This document shows, piece by piece, positions 61,448 to 64,000 of a DNA stretch of 64,000 nucleotides. Below the pieces are notes generated by a model, which was not told the DNA's origin, searched no databases, and was given only the letters and a program-made list of their open reading frames with translations. Made by a program: the position numbers and the translations under genes. The stretch covers positions 81,530,001 through 81,594,000 of the forward strand of contig NC_091472.1 of the NCBI RefSeq assembly GCF_036971445.1, given 5' to 3'. Positions within the stretch are counted from its first letter, which is position 1. Each line of letters opens with the position of its first letter. This DNA comes from Narcine bancroftii. Taxonomy: Eukaryota.

Positions 61448-62084
61448 TTGGTACAGTGAAGATCACATTCCACAGAACGTGGACTGGAGGATTACTCCTT
61501 CTGTAGAAATGCAAAAACAGGTGGAGTTTCAAAAGATCAGGAAGGGGGTCAGTCTCAAAGACTTGCAGGTTAGGCATTCCAGACAGAGGTAACAGAGAGT
61601 ACAACATCTTTTAAAATTCACGCTCCATAGCTTACCCAATTCTGCCTGTGAAATGAGGTCAGAAGGATGCGTAAATAACAGAATAAGGGGACACCTGACA
61701 GAAACACGATAAGGCTCTGGGAAAACTCAGGACAACCAATAGGCCAACATCAAGTTTCTCCCAGAAAGTTGTTTTACTAATTGCTGTCTTGAAATAAGCC
61801 ATTTAAGCCCAAATTAAACAGAATTAGTGCAATCCAAATGTAACAACAAATATAAACTATCATCAGGAACATCTCTGCTATTTCATGAATGCTGGTCATC
61901 AAAGATATATTTAGTGGAAAAATCTACTCAACCTGTCTATTTACTGTTTAAAAATAAAGGGGAAAGGGAATGTTGATGAATATATCTACATATTAACTCT
62001 AACCTCATCTCTCATTATGAAGGCCATTCAGTCCATTTGACTCTTTTTCCCATTACATTATTCTGATGGATGACATAGAGTGAC

Positions 62085-62225
62085 CATTCAATCTACAAGC
62101 ACATCTTTGGGATATGGGAGGAAACCGTGGTATTCAGAGGGAACCCACACAGTCACAAACTCTGCACAGGGAGCATCCAAAGTTAGGATTGAACATAGGG
62201 TCCTGGAGTTGTGAGACAGCACCAC
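62085..62225 (-). mobile_element. V-SINE/HE1-like SINE fragment
   Basis: CACATCTTTGGGATATGGGAGGAAACCG...AACCCACACAGTCACAAACTC...GGATTGAACATAGGGTCCTGGAG. Confidence 0.7.
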
Positions 62226-63242
62226 CGACTCCCGCATTGCCCCATCAACATGTGTCAATGCTAGCTCAGCTGGCAGCACTTTTGCATCAGAAAAAAGTTC
62301 TAGGTTCAAGTTCCATTCCAAACTTTTAAGCATAAAAAAGTTAGCCATGCTTTAGTGCAGCACTAATATTGTGGTAAGTCTTACTGAACTTCAAAGCTGA
62401 CAATTAGGTGGTATTGTGGGTATGCAAAGAAAACAAAGAAAGACTTGTTCAGTCAGAAGTTGCATTTATTAGATCTCTCTACAAGCATGTACTTTCCTTG
62501 TAACATCCTTCAATTAGCAAAGTAGTGGTTGACTAGATCACCTGCTTTTATCTCTGCATGAGTCGGGTGAAAAATAATAAACAGTAAAATTTGAAGTATT
62601 ATTTGACAAAAATTCCAGTTTATTCAATTACAACGATGTAGAGATGTTTGGACTTTTCAGAACAATTTTGACTACCTGGAAGTTTCATAAAATGAAAAAA
62701 AAAGTATTTTTGTGTACAATGCTAAATCTCCAACTTCTCCATCTAGGCACACTTACAATGCATGAAAAAAACCAAGATTTTATATTTGAAGATTAATTTT
62801 AAGGTAAAGTATTTGAAAACAATTCTATTAAAATATTAGACACTAGTGGTTGCTGGAAACACTGAAGAGGATGCTTGGATTACCTTCATTAACCAGTTTA
62901 TTGATATGTGATGCCTTGGAATGATTAACTGTTATAATGTCCTCATTCTTCAAGAATGGTTAACAAACTCTTGTAATATGCCTTTTGGAGAGTAGTTACA
63001 TACTGGCAAAAAAAATTGAGTCTTCCCAAATAATTTATTTCAGTAACAGTTCTCATTCTCTACCAAAGGTCTAAGTCAAGCAAAACTACAGGATTTGTTA
63101 TTCCTGGTTGATTTCATTGAAATTTTGCAATGGATGGAGGATCTATTTATCCAGGTTATTGCACGAGACAAAAATATTATCAAAGTGTATTCAATATTTC
63201 AAATCTGTTATAACGGAATTGTGGTAAAAGGTAACAAATGTT

Positions 63243-64000
63243 AAGACCATCAGACATAGGAGCAGAAATAGGCTATTCAGCCCACCAGCTTGGCCTTCTC
63301 CCAATAACCTTTAAAACCCTGGCTAATCAAGAACCTACCAATCTCTGCCTTACATACACCCAATGACTGGCCTCTACAACTGACTGCACCAACAAATTCA
63401 ACACATCTACTACCCTCTGGCTGAAGAAATTCCCAAGCATCTCTGTTCTAAATGGACATCCTGCAATTCAGAAGTTGTGCCCTCTTGTCCTAGACTCTCC
63501 TGCCATGGGAAAAAACCTTCATACACCATTCATTCCTTTCAACATTCAAAATGTTTCAATGAGATTCCCCCTCGTTCTCCTATATTTCAATGAGTACAGG
63601 CCAAGATATCAAATCCTCCTCATATAACACTTTCATTCCCGATATCTTCCTTCTAAACCTCCTTTGTAACCCCTCCAATATCAGCACATCCTTTCTTAAA
63701 AGAGGAGACCAAATCTGACTGCAATGCTCCAAGAGAGGGCTCACCAGTGCCTTATAAAAACTCAACATCACACCCCTGCTCTTCAAGAGGATTCTATTCT
63801 TCTTGAAATGAATGTCAGATGCATGACCTTACACTTTCCAAATTTGTATTTCATTTGACACTTCTCTACCCATTTTCCTAATCTGTCTAAGTCCTTCTGT
63901 AGCCTCCCTGTGTCCTCAACATTACCTGCTCTTCCACCTACTTTTGTATTATCTGCAAATTTGGCCACAAACTGTGCATTTCATAATCTAAGTCATTAAT
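63243..64000 (-). mobile_element. CR1 LINE 3' part, runs off the window
   Basis: AKFADNTKVGG...LQKDLDRLGKW and YKALVSPLLEHCSQIWSP...LQRRFRR. CR1 tail at about 63245. Confidence 0.92.

Overview
AT-rich, repeat-dense eukaryotic intergenic or intronic DNA with one 153-N assembly gap. The repeat complement (HE1/V-SINE-like and Deu-domain SINEs, CR1, Rex-Babar, RTE, L1, Penelope-like elements, Tc1, Gypsy) suggests a vertebrate, probably a cartilaginous fish; this is an inference. I could not identify any host exon, RNA gene, CRISPR array or prokaryotic system. The long ORFs I can assign are all transposon-derived. Main content: (1) a decayed L1 (about 1.9-9.1 kb) lying between Tc1 fragments and itself carrying a CR1, a Harbinger-like MITE and a solo LTR; (2) three Gypsy LTR elements with paired LTRs and TSDs (17038-21408, 28014-31253, 37436-40856); (3) two TSD-bounded non-autonomous L1 derivatives with the same YY1-like 5' end, one made of duplicated ORF1 scraps and one lacking most of ORF1 and all of RT but keeping two long stop-free ORF2 halves; (4) a young RTE with an open RT frame, and a second RTE with a twin-priming-type inversion; (5) two short local copy events; (6) several repeat-free islands that may be conserved non-coding elements. 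All family names come from motif recognition by eye, not database searches. Boundaries without a TSD are approximate.
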